Made by a program: the position numbers and the translations under genes. Below the pieces are notes generated by a model, which worked only from the letters and a program-made list of their open reading frames with translations, did no database searches and was not told where the DNA came from. Below are positions 19,084-28,880 of a DNA stretch of 64,000 nt, piece after piece. Origin of the DNA: an uncultured Gemmatimonadales bacterium (GTDB lineage Bacteria > Gemmatimonadota > Gemmatimonadetes > Longimicrobiales > RSA9); assembly GCA_963741945.1 (NCBI GenBank), contig CAVUKA010000006.1:192001-256000 (forward strand), given 5' to 3'. Position 1 is the first letter of the stretch; each line of letters opens with the position of its first letter.

Positions 19084-20312
19084 TGAGCACGCGCCTGCTC
19101 GCCCGCCCCCGAACCCGCCTGACGGCTACCGGCAACGCCGGCGCCACTCTCGCCGCCGCGTTCGTCCTGGCTCTCTCCACCGCCGGCTGCGGCGTGCGCC
19201 AGCTGCCGGATCTGCCGACCCCTCCCTCCATGCCCGAGCCGGACCCCTCCTCGGTGGAGACCGTCCTCTTCCTCCTGGGCGACACGGGAAAGACGCCGGT
19301 GCTGGACCATCCGGTCCTGGGCGCGCTGAAGCAGGACGTGGCCCGCTGGTCGGCGGCGCTGGACCGGGACTCTGCCGTCGTCGTGGTGGTGATGGGCGAC
19401 ATCGTATACCCCGATGGCGTGCACGCGCCGGGCGAGCCCGGGTACGCCAACGACTCCGCGAGCGTGGCCGCACAGGTCGACGTGCTGGGCACCCCCGCGG
19501 CCAGGCGGTCCGCCATCGAGTATTTCGTGGCCGGAAACCACGACTGGGGCCTCCGCGACAGCTGGCCGGGCGCCGTGCGGCTCAACCACCTCGACGCCCT
19601 CCTCGACACCCTCCACGCCGCCGGGCACCTGCGCGTCTCCCTCCAGCCGGCCGCCGGCGAGGGCGGGCCCTCCGTCATCGATTTCGGAACGCGCCTCCGG
19701 CTCATCCTCCTCGACACCGCCTGGTGGCTCCTCGGTCCCGACCCGTCCGCCAAGCCGGACGTCCTCCGCCGCACGGCCGACGCCGTCCGCACGGCCGGGC
19801 AACGGAACATCGTGTTCGTCGCACACCACCCGTTCCAGTCGGCCGGCGCCCACGGCGGCACCGTCCCGTTCTGGAAATCGCTCGGCGTGCGGTTCCTGCT
19901 CAATCGCGCCGGCGCGCTGCTCGAGGACCTGAACTCCCGCCCGTATCGCAAGCTCCGCCAGGGCCTCGGCACGATCTTCGAGGAGCACGGCCGCCCCCTA
20001 CTCTTCGCCGGGGGCCACGACCACTCCATCCAGCTGATCGAGGGGCCGGAGCCGGGCACCCCCAGATGGTCCCTCGTGGACGGCGCAACCAGCAAGCTCA
20101 CGCCCGCCGGCTACGTGGATGGCATGATCTACCGCCGCTCCGAGCCCGGCTACGCCAAAGTGTTCTTCCTGCGCGACGGCTCCGCACAGCTCGTCATCCA
20201 GACCGCTCCCGTTCGCTTCCTCTCCTGCACGGGCACCGACGCCGCCCGCCAACGCTGCATGGCCGACGGCGCCCGCGCCTTCGCCCCCTCCTGGTCCGGC
20301 CTCCTCCGCTAG
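19083..20312 (+). CDS. Calcineurin-like metallophosphoesterase lipoprotein
   Basis: TGATG overlap; lipobox TAGC; GDTG, GDIVYP, GNHDW, HHP, GHDH. Confidence 0.85.
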   Translation: MSTRLLARPRTRLTATGNAGATLAAAFVLALSTAGCGVRQLPDLPTPPSMPEPDPSSVETVLFLLGDTGKTPVLDHPVLGALKQDVARWSAALDRDSAVVVVVMGDIVYPDGVHAPGEPGYANDSASVAAQVDVLGTPAARRSAIEYFVAGNHDWGLRDSWPGAVRLNHLDALLDTLHAAGHLRVSLQPAAGEGGPSVIDFGTRLRLILLDTAWWLLGPDPSAKPDVLRRTADAVRTAGQRNIVFVAHHPFQSAGAHGGTVPFWKSLGVRFLLNRAGALLEDLNSRPYRKLRQGLGTIFEEHGRPLLFAGGHDHSIQLIEGPEPGTPRWSLVDGATSKLTPAGYVDGMIYRRSEPGYAKVFFLRDGSAQLVIQTAPVRFLSCTGTDAARQRCMADGARAFAPSWSGLLR

Positions 20313-20567
20313 TACTCCGTTCCCCGACAGCCCCCCTCGTGAACCCCCACGCCGAAATGGGCGGATTTCCCGATTGATCACTGCGGAATCTTTTTAGCAT
20401 CTTGGTGATACGGTTCGCCCGGCTTCATCCTGCCAGAGTACTGGCGCCGCCCTCCGGCGCCCCGGACGATCCCCACGACACCGACCTGGACGCACCTGCT
20501 CGATAGATTGCTCGCGCCCCCGCAACAGGGAGGCGCTGTGGCCATCCTCCTTCCCTGGAGGCGGTGT

Positions 20568-21308
20568 ATGGAGTCGACTGTCATTGAACCGCGGCGTGCC
20601 CTGCTCGGTTCGTTCTCACCCTCGGAGCTGGGGCTCACGGGACAGGTGGCTGCCGGCTGGGGAGTGGGGGGCGGGCTGGTGGCCTGCGGGGTGGTGACCG
20701 GCCACATGGTGGCGGGGAATCTGAGCTCGAGCATGGCGATGTTGACGGCTACGCTGTTCTACGGCGTGGCGTCGATCCTGGGCTTCCTGCATGGCGGACT
20801 GCTCGGGTACGCGGGACGACCGGCGCCTGAGTCGCGGTTGCGGGCGCTCCGACACCTTGCACTGGCGCTGCTGTACGCGATCCCGCTGCTGGTGGTGGGC
20901 TGGGTGGTGGGGATGCTGATGGTCATGGCCACGATGGGGTACCTGACCGGGCGGCTCGGAACGCTGGTGGTGGGGCTGGTGGGGTGGCTCGCGGCGCTGG
21001 GGCTGCTCGCGTGGGCCTGGGTCGCCACGATGGAGGCGTTGCGGAACCTGCTCAGGCGCTGGCCTGCGGCGCGTGCGCTGCTGGTGGCGCTGGGGCTGGG
21101 ATTCCTGATGCTTCTCCCTCTCTTCCTTGCCACCCGTCCGGCCATCTGGGGGCTGGGGATCCGGCCCACGCGGACTGCGGCGGCAATCATGGCGCTGGCG
21201 GCCACGGCGTGGATCGGGGGCCCGCTGACGACGCTGGTCCTGCTTGCTGTCCGGGCATGGCGGCTGCGGCATCCGGGCTCGGGCGCGGCGACCGGGCGGG
21301 CGGCATGA
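20568..21308 (+). CDS. Uncharacterised polytopic membrane protein, first gene of the bc-type operon
   Basis: GGAGG SD plus ATG 20568; about 6-7 hydrophobic segments; ATGA overlap with the next gene. Confidence 0.7.
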   Translation: MESTVIEPRRALLGSFSPSELGLTGQVAAGWGVGGGLVACGVVTGHMVAGNLSSSMAMLTATLFYGVASILGFLHGGLLGYAGRPAPESRLRALRHLALALLYAIPLLVVGWVVGMLMVMATMGYLTGRLGTLVVGLVGWLAALGLLAWAWVATMEALRNLLRRWPAARALLVALGLGFLMLLPLFLATRPAIWGLGIRPTRTAAAIMALAATAWIGGPLTTLVLLAVRAWRLRHPGSGAATGRAA

Positions 21309-22195
21309 CTCGAGGGCGGGAAACCGCCTCCAGTCTTCTGGCGCTGCTCCTGGTGCTGGGCGGATGCGGGGGCGCGGACACACCGGGGGCCACTCCGCGA
21401 TCGGCCGGTGCCACGACGCAGCCAGCAGCGGGGCTCGCGGGCGAGGCCATGGCTGCGGCGACGCCGGTGTCGTCAGCAGCGGCGGCGGCGCCGGTGTCGT
21501 CAGCAGCGGCGCCCGCGTCGCTGGGCTTGCGCAGGGCGCTGGAGGCGGTGGACTACGCATTCCCGCACAGCAAGCACGGCGGTGTGGACTGCCTGCGTTG
21601 CCACACGCGGCCGGCCAGCCATGTGACCCACCCCGACGCGCCCTGTACGGCGTGCCACACGCGACCCGCCGTCCTGGCTACGCTCCCGGCGCCCGCCAGG
21701 ACCGAATGCCTCGAGTGCCACCACGCCGAGAGGCCGGACCGTCCCTGCGCGCGCTGCCACGAGTCGGCGCCTCGCGCGCCCATTCCGGAACGGCTGAGCG
21801 TTGTCACCGCTGCCGGTAAAGGGCCGCGGACACGGATGGTGGCCTTCGACCACGCGCGGCATTCGGGACGCGCCTGCACCGCCTGCCACACGACGCCCGT
21901 GACCCGTGCGTTCGGCACGACATGCGGCAGCTGTCACGAATCCCACCACCGAGCTGAGGCGGAATGCATCACCTGTCACGACGGACGCGGGATCGCCGCG
22001 CACGACGACCGGAGTCACCGGAGCTGCGCCGGGGCCGAGTGTCACAGCGATCGAACGGTGCTGGGTCTCCCTCCCACGCGCAACGTGTGTCTGGTCTGCC
22101 ACGCGGATCGGCGGAGCCACTATCCGGGGGAGCAGTGCGCCGAATGCCACACGGGTTTCGGCGCCACGATCCGGGGCGCGCGAGGCGCCCGGTGA
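21305..22195 (+). CDS. Multiheme cytochrome c lipoprotein (9 CxxCH + 1 CX4CH; c3/c7-like)
   Basis: Lipobox LGGC; FPHSKH and FDHARH motifs; haem motifs counted by eye. Confidence 0.88.
   Translation: MTRGRETASSLLALLLVLGGCGGADTPGATPRSAGATTQPAAGLAGEAMAAATPVSSAAAAAPVSSAAAPASLGLRRALEAVDYAFPHSKHGGVDCLRCHTRPASHVTHPDAPCTACHTRPAVLATLPAPARTECLECHHAERPDRPCARCHESAPRAPIPERLSVVTAAGKGPRTRMVAFDHARHSGRACTACHTTPVTRAFGTTCGSCHESHHRAEAECITCHDGRGIAAHDDRSHRSCAGAECHSDRTVLGLPPTRNVCLVCHADRRSHYPGEQCAECHTGFGATIRGARGAR
21462..21511 (+). repeat. 27-bp-period tandem duplication in the linker (PVSSAAA x2)
   Basis: cgccggtgtcgtcagcagcggcg at 21462 and 21489. Confidence 0.8.
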
Positions 22196-23520
22196 TGCGG
22201 TTCGCGGAGGTGGGGATGCGCGGCGCCGGACGCGCGCGCTGGACGCCGCTGGTGCTCGTCGCCCTGCTCGCTCCCGTGCTCGGCCCGCGAGCGCTGGTGG
22301 CGCAGCAGCACCCTTCGAGCGAGGGTTGCATCGACTGCCACGCGACACTCGATGACCCGCGCCTGTCGGGGCCCGCCCGGGAGTTCCCCTCGGACATCCA
22401 CGCGGAGAAGGGGTTCGACTGCCTGTCATGCCACGGGCGGGTGCCGGCGGGCGGGGCGAGCGGGGCAATGGATCCGGCGAAAGGGTTCATTGCGAAGCCC
22501 ACGCGGGCCCAGATCCCGGAGCTGTGCGGCAGCTGCCACTCCGACATCGAGTTCATGAAGAAGTACAACCCGTCGCTGCGGGTGGATCAGCTGGCCGAGT
22601 ACTGGACATCCCGGCACGGCAAGGGACTGCTGGCGGGCGACGCGGACGTGGCCACGTGCGTGAGCTGCCATCCGGCCCACTCGATCCGGCCGCCGTCGGA
22701 TCCGGAATCGAGCGTGTACCCGACCCACATCGCCGATCTGTGCGGTTCGTGCCACGGCGACGAGAAGATCATGGGGCCGCGGGGACTGCCCACGGACCAG
22801 CTGACGCAGTGGCGGGGCAGCGTCCACGGTCGCCAGATGGTCGAGAAGGAAGACGTCTCGGCGCCCACGTGCAACGACTGCCATGGGAACCACGGCGCGG
22901 CGCCGCCCGGCGTCGCCTCCGTCCAGCGGGTATGCGGTCAGTGCCACAGCATCATGGCCGACGACTTCCACGGCAGCGCCCACGACCTCGCCTTCAGTGA
23001 CGCCGGGCTGCCGGGGTGCGAGACCTGCCATGGCAACCACGGGATCCAGACGCCGGTGGACTCGGACCTGGCGGTCCGCGCCCGACAGGTCTGCACGCGA
23101 TGCCATGAGCCGGGCGACACAGCGGCCAATGCCTTCAACGTCATCCTCTCCCTCATCGACTCGCTGAAAGTCGAGCGCGCGGGGGCCGAGGCCGTGCTGG
23201 CCCGGGCGGCGAATCTGGGAATGGAAGTGAGCCAGTCCCAGTTCGAGCTGCAGGACGTCAACAACGCCCTCACCCGCGCCAGGGCGGCCGTGCACACGTT
23301 CTCCGTCGATCCAGTCCGCACCGAGGTGGCCAGCGGCCTCGAGATCGTGGACCGCTCACGGGAGCGGGGCGATCACGCGCTCTGGGAACACGGCTTCCGT
23401 CGGGCCGGGCTGGGCGTGTCCGCCCTGTTCATTCTCCTCCTCATGGTCGGGCTCGTTCTGAAGATCCGGGAAATCGAGCGCCGGCCGCCCTCCCCGCCGC
23501 GGGAGAAAAGGACGCCATGA
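22195..23520 (+). CDS. Nonaheme cytochrome c with C-terminal membrane anchor
   Basis: Nine CxxCH; signal peptide; helical region then TM GLGVSALFILLLMVGLVL. Alternative start at 22216. Confidence 0.9.
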   Translation: MRFAEVGMRGAGRARWTPLVLVALLAPVLGPRALVAQQHPSSEGCIDCHATLDDPRLSGPAREFPSDIHAEKGFDCLSCHGRVPAGGASGAMDPAKGFIAKPTRAQIPELCGSCHSDIEFMKKYNPSLRVDQLAEYWTSRHGKGLLAGDADVATCVSCHPAHSIRPPSDPESSVYPTHIADLCGSCHGDEKIMGPRGLPTDQLTQWRGSVHGRQMVEKEDVSAPTCNDCHGNHGAAPPGVASVQRVCGQCHSIMADDFHGSAHDLAFSDAGLPGCETCHGNHGIQTPVDSDLAVRARQVCTRCHEPGDTAANAFNVILSLIDSLKVERAGAEAVLARAANLGMEVSQSQFELQDVNNALTRARAAVHTFSVDPVRTEVASGLEIVDRSRERGDHALWEHGFRRAGLGVSALFILLLMVGLVLKIREIERRPPSPPREKRTP

Positions 23521-24059
23521 TGATGCGACACCGGGATGCGGACCCGCACCGGGACACCAGCGCTTCGGCCGACGCAGATTCCGTCGGGCCGGAGGACACC
23601 GGGCCGGAGGACACCGGGGCCACCGCGGCCATGAGCCGCTCCCGATTCCTCACGTACGTTCTGGGCACCGGCGTCACCGGACTCGCGGCCGCTGTGATCT
23701 ACCCGGTGACCCGCTACATCATCCCGCCGGATGCGCCGGAATCCGCGGCGAACACCGTGGTGCTCGGGATGTCCGGGACCGACATCCCGCCGAACACCGG
23801 GCGGATCTTCAAGTTCGGCAACAAGCCCGGTCTGCTGCTGCGCACGCCGGGCGGCGAGCTGCGTGCGTTCTCCGCCGAGTGCACGCACCTCCAGTGCACG
23901 GTCCAGTACCGGACGGACCTGAGCCACATCTGGTGCGCGTGCCACAACGGGCACTACGACGTCTCCGGCCGCAACATTGCCGGCCCGCCGCCCGCTCCGC
24001 TCACGGAGTACGACGTGATCGAGCGGGGCGAGACCATAGTCGTGAGTCGAAAGGCATAG
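23517..24059 (+). CDS. Rieske [2Fe-2S] subunit of a cytochrome bc complex
   Basis: CTHLQC and CACHNG boxes, GPPPAPL, N-terminal TM. Confidence 0.92.
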   Translation: MMMRHRDADPHRDTSASADADSVGPEDTGPEDTGATAAMSRSRFLTYVLGTGVTGLAAAVIYPVTRYIIPPDAPESAANTVVLGMSGTDIPPNTGRIFKFGNKPGLLLRTPGGELRAFSAECTHLQCTVQYRTDLSHIWCACHNGHYDVSGRNIAGPPPAPLTEYDVIERGETIVVSRKA

Positions 24060-24062
24060 GCC

Positions 24063-25229
24063 ATGGCGACGAAGACCACTACTCCCCCATCGACCCGACC
24101 GCCGGCGCCGGGCGCCGCTCCTGAGCCGACGTCGCCCGGCAGGCGTTCGGTCTGGGGCGGGCTGCTGCGCTGGCTCGATGACCGCACGGGGGCCTCCGCG
24201 CTCTGGCCACTGGCCCGGAAGAAGCGCGTGCCGATGCACCGGCACTCATTCTGGTACTACCTGGGTGGAATGGCCCTCTTCCTCCTGGTGCTGCAGGTGG
24301 CCACGGGGGTCCTGCTGCTCTTCTACTACCGGCCCAGCGCCGAGGGGGCGTTCGAATCGGTGCAGTTCCTGATGGCGGAAGTGAAGTTCGGCTGGCTCAT
24401 CCGCTCGATCCACGCGTGGGGGGCGAACCTGCTGATCCTCACGCTCTTCGTCCACCTGTTCAGCACGCTGCTGATGAAGGCCTATCGCAAGCCGCGCGAG
24501 CTGACCTGGATGACGGGCGTGGCCCTGTTCGCGCTCTTCCTCGGGCTCGGCTTCACCGGCTACCTCCTGCCGTGGAACGAGCTGGCACTGTTCGCCACGC
24601 GCGTCGGCACCGAGATCCCGGCGACCATCCCCGTGGCCGGGGGCTTCATCCGCCACGTGCTCCGAGGCGGAGATGACGTGACGGGCGCCACCCTCACCCG
24701 CTTCTACGCCCTGCACGTCTCCGTTCTACCCGGGCTCGCCATCCTCATCGTGGCCGTGCACGCGCTGCTGGTGCAGCGGCACGGGATGAGCGTGCCCCCG
24801 GCCATCGAGCGGGCGGGCGGCGCGAAGCGGAGTGTCCCGTTCTTCCCCAACTTCCTGATCCGCGACCTGGTGGGCTGGCTGGCCGCGCTGGCCATCCTCG
24901 CCTCCGCCGCCGCGTTCTTCCCCGCTCACCTCGGGGAGAAGGCCGACGCCTTCGCGTCCGCCCCGGCCGGCATCCGGCCCGAGTGGTACTTCATGTTCAT
25001 GTTCCAGACGCTGAAGTTCCTGCCCGCCCGGATCCTCGGGATCAACGGGGAGCTGGTGGGCGTGGCGGGGTTCGGCGCGGCCGCGCTCGTCCTCCTGCTC
25101 ATGCCGTTCCTCGACCGGCCGGACGCGCACGGCCACCACCGTGCGATCTGGCGCTACGTGGCCGTATTCGCTCTGGTCTACATCGTGGCGCTCACCTACG
25201 TCGGGTACGCCGTCGACCCCACCCGGTGA
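24063..25229 (+). CDS. Cytochrome b (unsplit) of a bc complex
   Basis: RSIHAW, FVHLF, ELTWMTG, GYLLPW, RFYALH, AVHAL, PEWY Qo motif. Confidence 0.95.
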   Translation: MATKTTTPPSTRPPAPGAAPEPTSPGRRSVWGGLLRWLDDRTGASALWPLARKKRVPMHRHSFWYYLGGMALFLLVLQVATGVLLLFYYRPSAEGAFESVQFLMAEVKFGWLIRSIHAWGANLLILTLFVHLFSTLLMKAYRKPRELTWMTGVALFALFLGLGFTGYLLPWNELALFATRVGTEIPATIPVAGGFIRHVLRGGDDVTGATLTRFYALHVSVLPGLAILIVAVHALLVQRHGMSVPPAIERAGGAKRSVPFFPNFLIRDLVGWLAALAILASAAAFFPAHLGEKADAFASAPAGIRPEWYFMFMFQTLKFLPARILGINGELVGVAGFGAAALVLLLMPFLDRPDAHGHHRAIWRYVAVFALVYIVALTYVGYAVDPTR

Positions 25230-25249
25230 GCCGCGCGGGAAGAGGCCAG

Positions 25250-25490
25250 CGGCGCGGAGGGCGCCAAGAATGCGAAGAACGCCGGCTCACGCGAAGCCGC
25301 AGAGAACGCGAAGGGCATTGGGGGGCGAGGGAGCCGCCTCGCACGGACGCTGCGGGGCGTTCCCTGTAAAATGACCACCTGCGGGCGCAGCCCGGTGAGC
25401 GGACTCCGCCAGTGGACGGTGAACCCCCGGCGTGCCCTCGGCGTTCTCCGCGGCTTCGCGTGAGCCGCTGTTCGCCGTTCTCCGCGTGGA
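25250..25490. repeat. REP-like intergenic element: 35-bp inverted repeat with 8-9-nt periodic units
   Basis: 25283-25317 versus reverse complement of 25433-25467: 32/35 identical. Confidence 0.75.
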
Positions 25491-25610
25491 GAAACGCGGG
25501 GGTCCCCGAGCCGCGAAGCGGCGACGGGGACCGAGCCTCGATGGCTCGATCCCCGCCCCGCACCTTCGACTCCGCGTTGGACCGGGCGGGCACGCGCCCC
25601 GGCCCGGCGA

Positions 25611-28124
25611 CTACGCGTTCGGGTCGAGCACCTCCGCGATCCGATGCTGCACGCCGATGAGGTGGTACCGTGTTGCCCGGTCACCCGCGCGGGAGATGGC
25701 CCGCTTCACCCGGTCCTGCAGGGTGCTCAGCTCGCCCCGCACCTGGGCCTTCGCGGCCTCGGACAGCGGCGCCGGGCGCCGGAACCCCGGATACGGCGAT
25801 GGCTGGTTGGAGGTGTCCGGCGGATTCAGCTTCTGGTCGAGCATGTCCAGATACGTCATCTGGAGCGCGCGGCGGTACGGCCCCACGAGGACATCGCGGG
25901 AGGCCGCGAGCTCGGAGAAGATCCCGCCGGTCACGTCATCCAGCAGGTTCGTGAGCGTGTACGTCCCGCCCGCCGCCCGACTGAGCGCCTCGGTGTCCAG
26001 CAGCCGGTTCAGCCGCTCGTCGCTCAGGAGCGTCCTGAGCACGGCCTGCTGGGCGCCGTTGACCCGATCGGTCATGGCGTCGGCCTCGATGCGGCGCGCG
26101 ATCTCGGGCTGGACCAGGTACGCGGGCGTCTGGAACACGTTCAGGTTCAGGAACCGCACGGCCGCCTCCTGCCGGTTGCGCGGCAGCGGCTGGTAGACCG
26201 CGCCCGGCTGGCTGCCGGACTTGTACTGCACGGTGCCGCCGCCCACGACCGTGGCCACATGGCTCGCCTCACGCGCCCACTGCCCGACGGTCCGGTCGTA
26301 CAGCTCCTCCATCTCGCTGTTGTCGGTGCCCGGGTGCGTGGTGGCCGACGGGATGTACGTCATGACCCGGCGGATGTTGCGGAAGCCCAGCTCCGTGGAC
26401 TGGATCGGGTCGGCGTCGCCCACCGCTTCCGACATGGTGCCGAAGCCGCCGAAGTCGTTGTTGGCGGAGAAGCGCAGCCACACTACGGTATCCTGGACCA
26501 TGGCCCAGCGATCCAGTGTGGGGACCTCCTCGGCGGGTGTTTTCGCCGACGGGATCGGCTTGTACCCCCACATGATGACGAACCTGTCATAGGGACCGAT
26601 GCGCGGAACGAGGTCCTCCAGCGCGACCCCGTCCTCCGGCTGCGCCACGTAGTTGAAGCGGGAGTAGTCCATGATGCTGGGCGAGTGGCCCATCTTCGCC
26701 ACCCATGTGGCGCTGCGTACGCTGTCGGCGGGGTACGTCGAGCTGCCCAGCTGATCGTGCTGCAGACCGATGGTGTGCCCGATCTCATGGGCCACGATGA
26801 ACTCGAGGATCCGGCCTGTCAGGCTGTCCGGGAAGGGCAGCGACCGGGCCCGCACGTCCAGTGGCGAGACCTGTGCGAAATACCAGTCGCGGCCCAGGGT
26901 GAGCACGTTCTGGAAGATGCGCACGGATCCGTTCAGGATCTCGCCGGTCCGCGGATCGCTCACGTGCGGGCCCTGCGCGTTCTCCACCGTGGACGGGAGC
27001 CAGCGGATGATGGTGTGGCGGATGTCCTCGGCCGACCAGGTGGGGTCGTCCGCGGGCGCGTCCTTGGCCACGATCCCGTTCTTGAAGCCCGCCGCCTCGA
27101 ACGCGGGCTGCCAGTCCTCGATGGCCTTCCGGATCCAGGGCTTCCACACGTCCGGTGTGGCCGGGTCCACGTAGTAGACGATGGGCTGCTTCGGGACGCA
27201 CAGATCCCCGACCATCTGGTCCGAGCACTCCAGCCGGTACTTCGTGATGTAGCGACGCTGGGCCGCCCCGGCCTGCTGGCCGTAGTTCACCTGCCGGATG
27301 CTGAAGAAGCCGAGACGCTCATCGAAGCGACGCGGCATCATCGGCTGCTCCGGGAGCCGCACCAGGCTCCAGTGCGCCAGCACACTCTGCGCCGGCGTGG
27401 CCCGCCCGCCGCGCGCGGCCGGCGATGCGCCTCCACCCCCGTTCCCGGACGGCGTCCCCGTCTGCGTGGCCTCGATCTCCACGTTGTCCGGGAAGGCGCT
27501 GACGCGCTCCACGTAGGAGCGCTTCTCGTCGATGTTGCCCTGGATGGCCTGGAGCTGCGGCACCGACGTGGTGAACAGCTTGGTCACGTCCACCACCGGG
27601 GCGTGCTCCGGCCCCCAGCTCTCCACGGGGAGGACCGCGAGGATCGGGGGATAACTCGAGTTCACCACCGCCCGGTAGACGGGGAGCGTGGTGTCGGCGG
27701 CGATGGCGTACATGGGCGCGCGCACGATCACCCGCTCGCCCTCCAGGTCGAAGCGGAGCGTGCTCTCGGCGAACTGGTCGCCGCCATACTCGCCAAACCC
27801 GCGCGTACCGCGGGGATCATTCGGGTCGAACGCCGACGCGCGGGCGTACCGGCCCACGATCAGCATGTCCTTGCCCAGCTCGGATGCCGGGATCTCGAAG
27901 TACAGCTTGTCGCCGACCTGATGGGTGACGAGCATGCCGCGCTGCGTCTTCGCTTCCGACGTGATCACGGTGTCATACGGCTTCGGCGCGGACTCGGCGC
28001 CCTGCTGCCGGCGCGCCGCGGGGCCTTCGCCTCCGGGGCGCGGCGAGGGTGCCGCGGGAGGAGCATGCGAGCAGCCGGCGCCCAGGAGCGCGGCCGCCAT
28101 GATCATGACGGTGGTTCGTCTCAT
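25611..28124 (-). CDS. Zinc-dependent metalloprotease lipoprotein (metzincin, DUF5117/DUF4953-like)
   Basis: Lipobox [15 protein letters not shown]; Met-turn [13 protein letters not shown]. Confidence 0.88.
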   Translation of the reverse strand: MRRTTVMIMAAALLGAGCSHAPPAAPSPRPGGEGPAARRQQGAESAPKPYDTVITSEAKTQRGMLVTHQVGDKLYFEIPASELGKDMLIVGRYARASAFDPNDPRGTRGFGEYGGDQFAESTLRFDLEGERVIVRAPMYAIAADTTLPVYRAVVNSSYPPILAVLPVESWGPEHAPVVDVTKLFTTSVPQLQAIQGNIDEKRSYVERVSAFPDNVEIEATQTGTPSGNGGGGASPAARGGRATPAQSVLAHWSLVRLPEQPMMPRRFDERLGFFSIRQVNYGQQAGAAQRRYITKYRLECSDQMVGDLCVPKQPIVYYVDPATPDVWKPWIRKAIEDWQPAFEAAGFKNGIVAKDAPADDPTWSAEDIRHTIIRWLPSTVENAQGPHVSDPRTGEILNGSVRIFQNVLTLGRDWYFAQVSPLDVRARSLPFPDSLTGRILEFIVAHEIGHTIGLQHDQLGSSTYPADSVRSATWVAKMGHSPSIMDYSRFNYVAQPEDGVALEDLVPRIGPYDRFVIMWGYKPIPSAKTPAEEVPTLDRWAMVQDTVVWLRFSANNDFGGFGTMSEAVGDADPIQSTELGFRNIRRVMTYIPSATTHPGTDNSEMEELYDRTVGQWAREASHVATVVGGGTVQYKSGSQPGAVYQPLPRNRQEAAVRFLNLNVFQTPAYLVQPEIARRIEADAMTDRVNGAQQAVLRTLLSDERLNRLLDTEALSRAAGGTYTLTNLLDDVTGGIFSELAASRDVLVGPYRRALQMTYLDMLDQKLNPPDTSNQPSPYPGFRRPAPLSEAAKAQVRGELSTLQDRVKRAISRAGDRATRYHLIGVQHRIAEVLDPNA

Positions 28125-28281
28125 CGCTCGATCGGGGTTCTCTGGATGGAAAGCTGGCGTCCGGAGAGGCACGCGGACGCGGGGATCCATTTCCAAGGAC
28201 GCGCGGGGCGCCGGGAACGTTGAGACTCGGCGCGCCCGCCACCGCTTGACACGAGCCCTCGCCGCCCGCGACCATGCCCCC

Positions 28282-28668
28282 ATGAAAGCGCTGCTCCAGC
28301 GCGCCGCGCGCCGGAAGGGGGCCCACGCCCGCGAGTTCTGGATGTCGCGGGGCGGCGGCTTCTACGGCTTCGCGGCCGCGCTCACGTTCGTCTATCTCGA
28401 GGTCGTGGACCTCGTGGGCGATGTCGCCGGACTCGGCGCCGTTCAACTCAACCTCGGCTTCGCCATCGGCTGGCTGGTGCAGAACGCCGTCGACGCCCTC
28501 ATCAACGTGGTCCGCTCCACCCTCTGGCCCATCGCCTGGATCGACCACTTCGGCCTCGGACTCCCCTCCGCCGCCCTCCTCGCCGGTGCCTACGGCCTCT
28601 ACCTCCTCGTCCGCCCCCTGGCCCTGCGCCTCCTGGGCGGATCCCCCCGGCAGCGGCGGATTCGCTAG
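28282..28668 (+). CDS. Small hypothetical membrane protein
   Basis: GGGFYG motif, hydrophobic segments, high-GC3 codon use. Confidence 0.65.
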   Translation: MKALLQRAARRKGAHAREFWMSRGGGFYGFAAALTFVYLEVVDLVGDVAGLGAVQLNLGFAIGWLVQNAVDALINVVRSTLWPIAWIDHFGLGLPSAALLAGAYGLYLLVRPLALRLLGGSPRQRRIR

Positions 28669-28685
28669 CCCCCCACCGGCGAGCC

Positions 28686-28763
28686 GCGCATGCCGCGAGC
28701 TTCGAATCCCGCGCCAGCGAGGCGAACGGCGCATGCCGCGAGCTTCGAATCCCCGCGCCAGCG
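28686..28763 (+). repeat. Direct repeat of about 34 bp upstream of glnS
   Basis: gcgcatgccgcgagcttcgaatccc(c)gcgccagcg at 28686 and 28729. Confidence 0.8.
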
Positions 28764-28880
28764 GGGTGCCCGGGCCGCGCCAGCGGCGAAGGGCATCGCC
28801 CCCTCCACCTCCCGACGGCCTCGCCCCGGCATTACGTTCAGTCCCCTGAGCAGGCCACACCCACGGAGAGGAACGGAACG

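Noticed and set aside
20370-20400. FNR box or sigma70 promoter upstream of the bc operon
   Set aside because: Only a TTGAT half-site, and the -35/-10 spacing would be 15 nt.
25250-28763. CRISPR array or tRNA gene among the intergenic repeats
   Set aside because: At most two copies per repeat, no spacer series, no cloverleaf and no cas genes.
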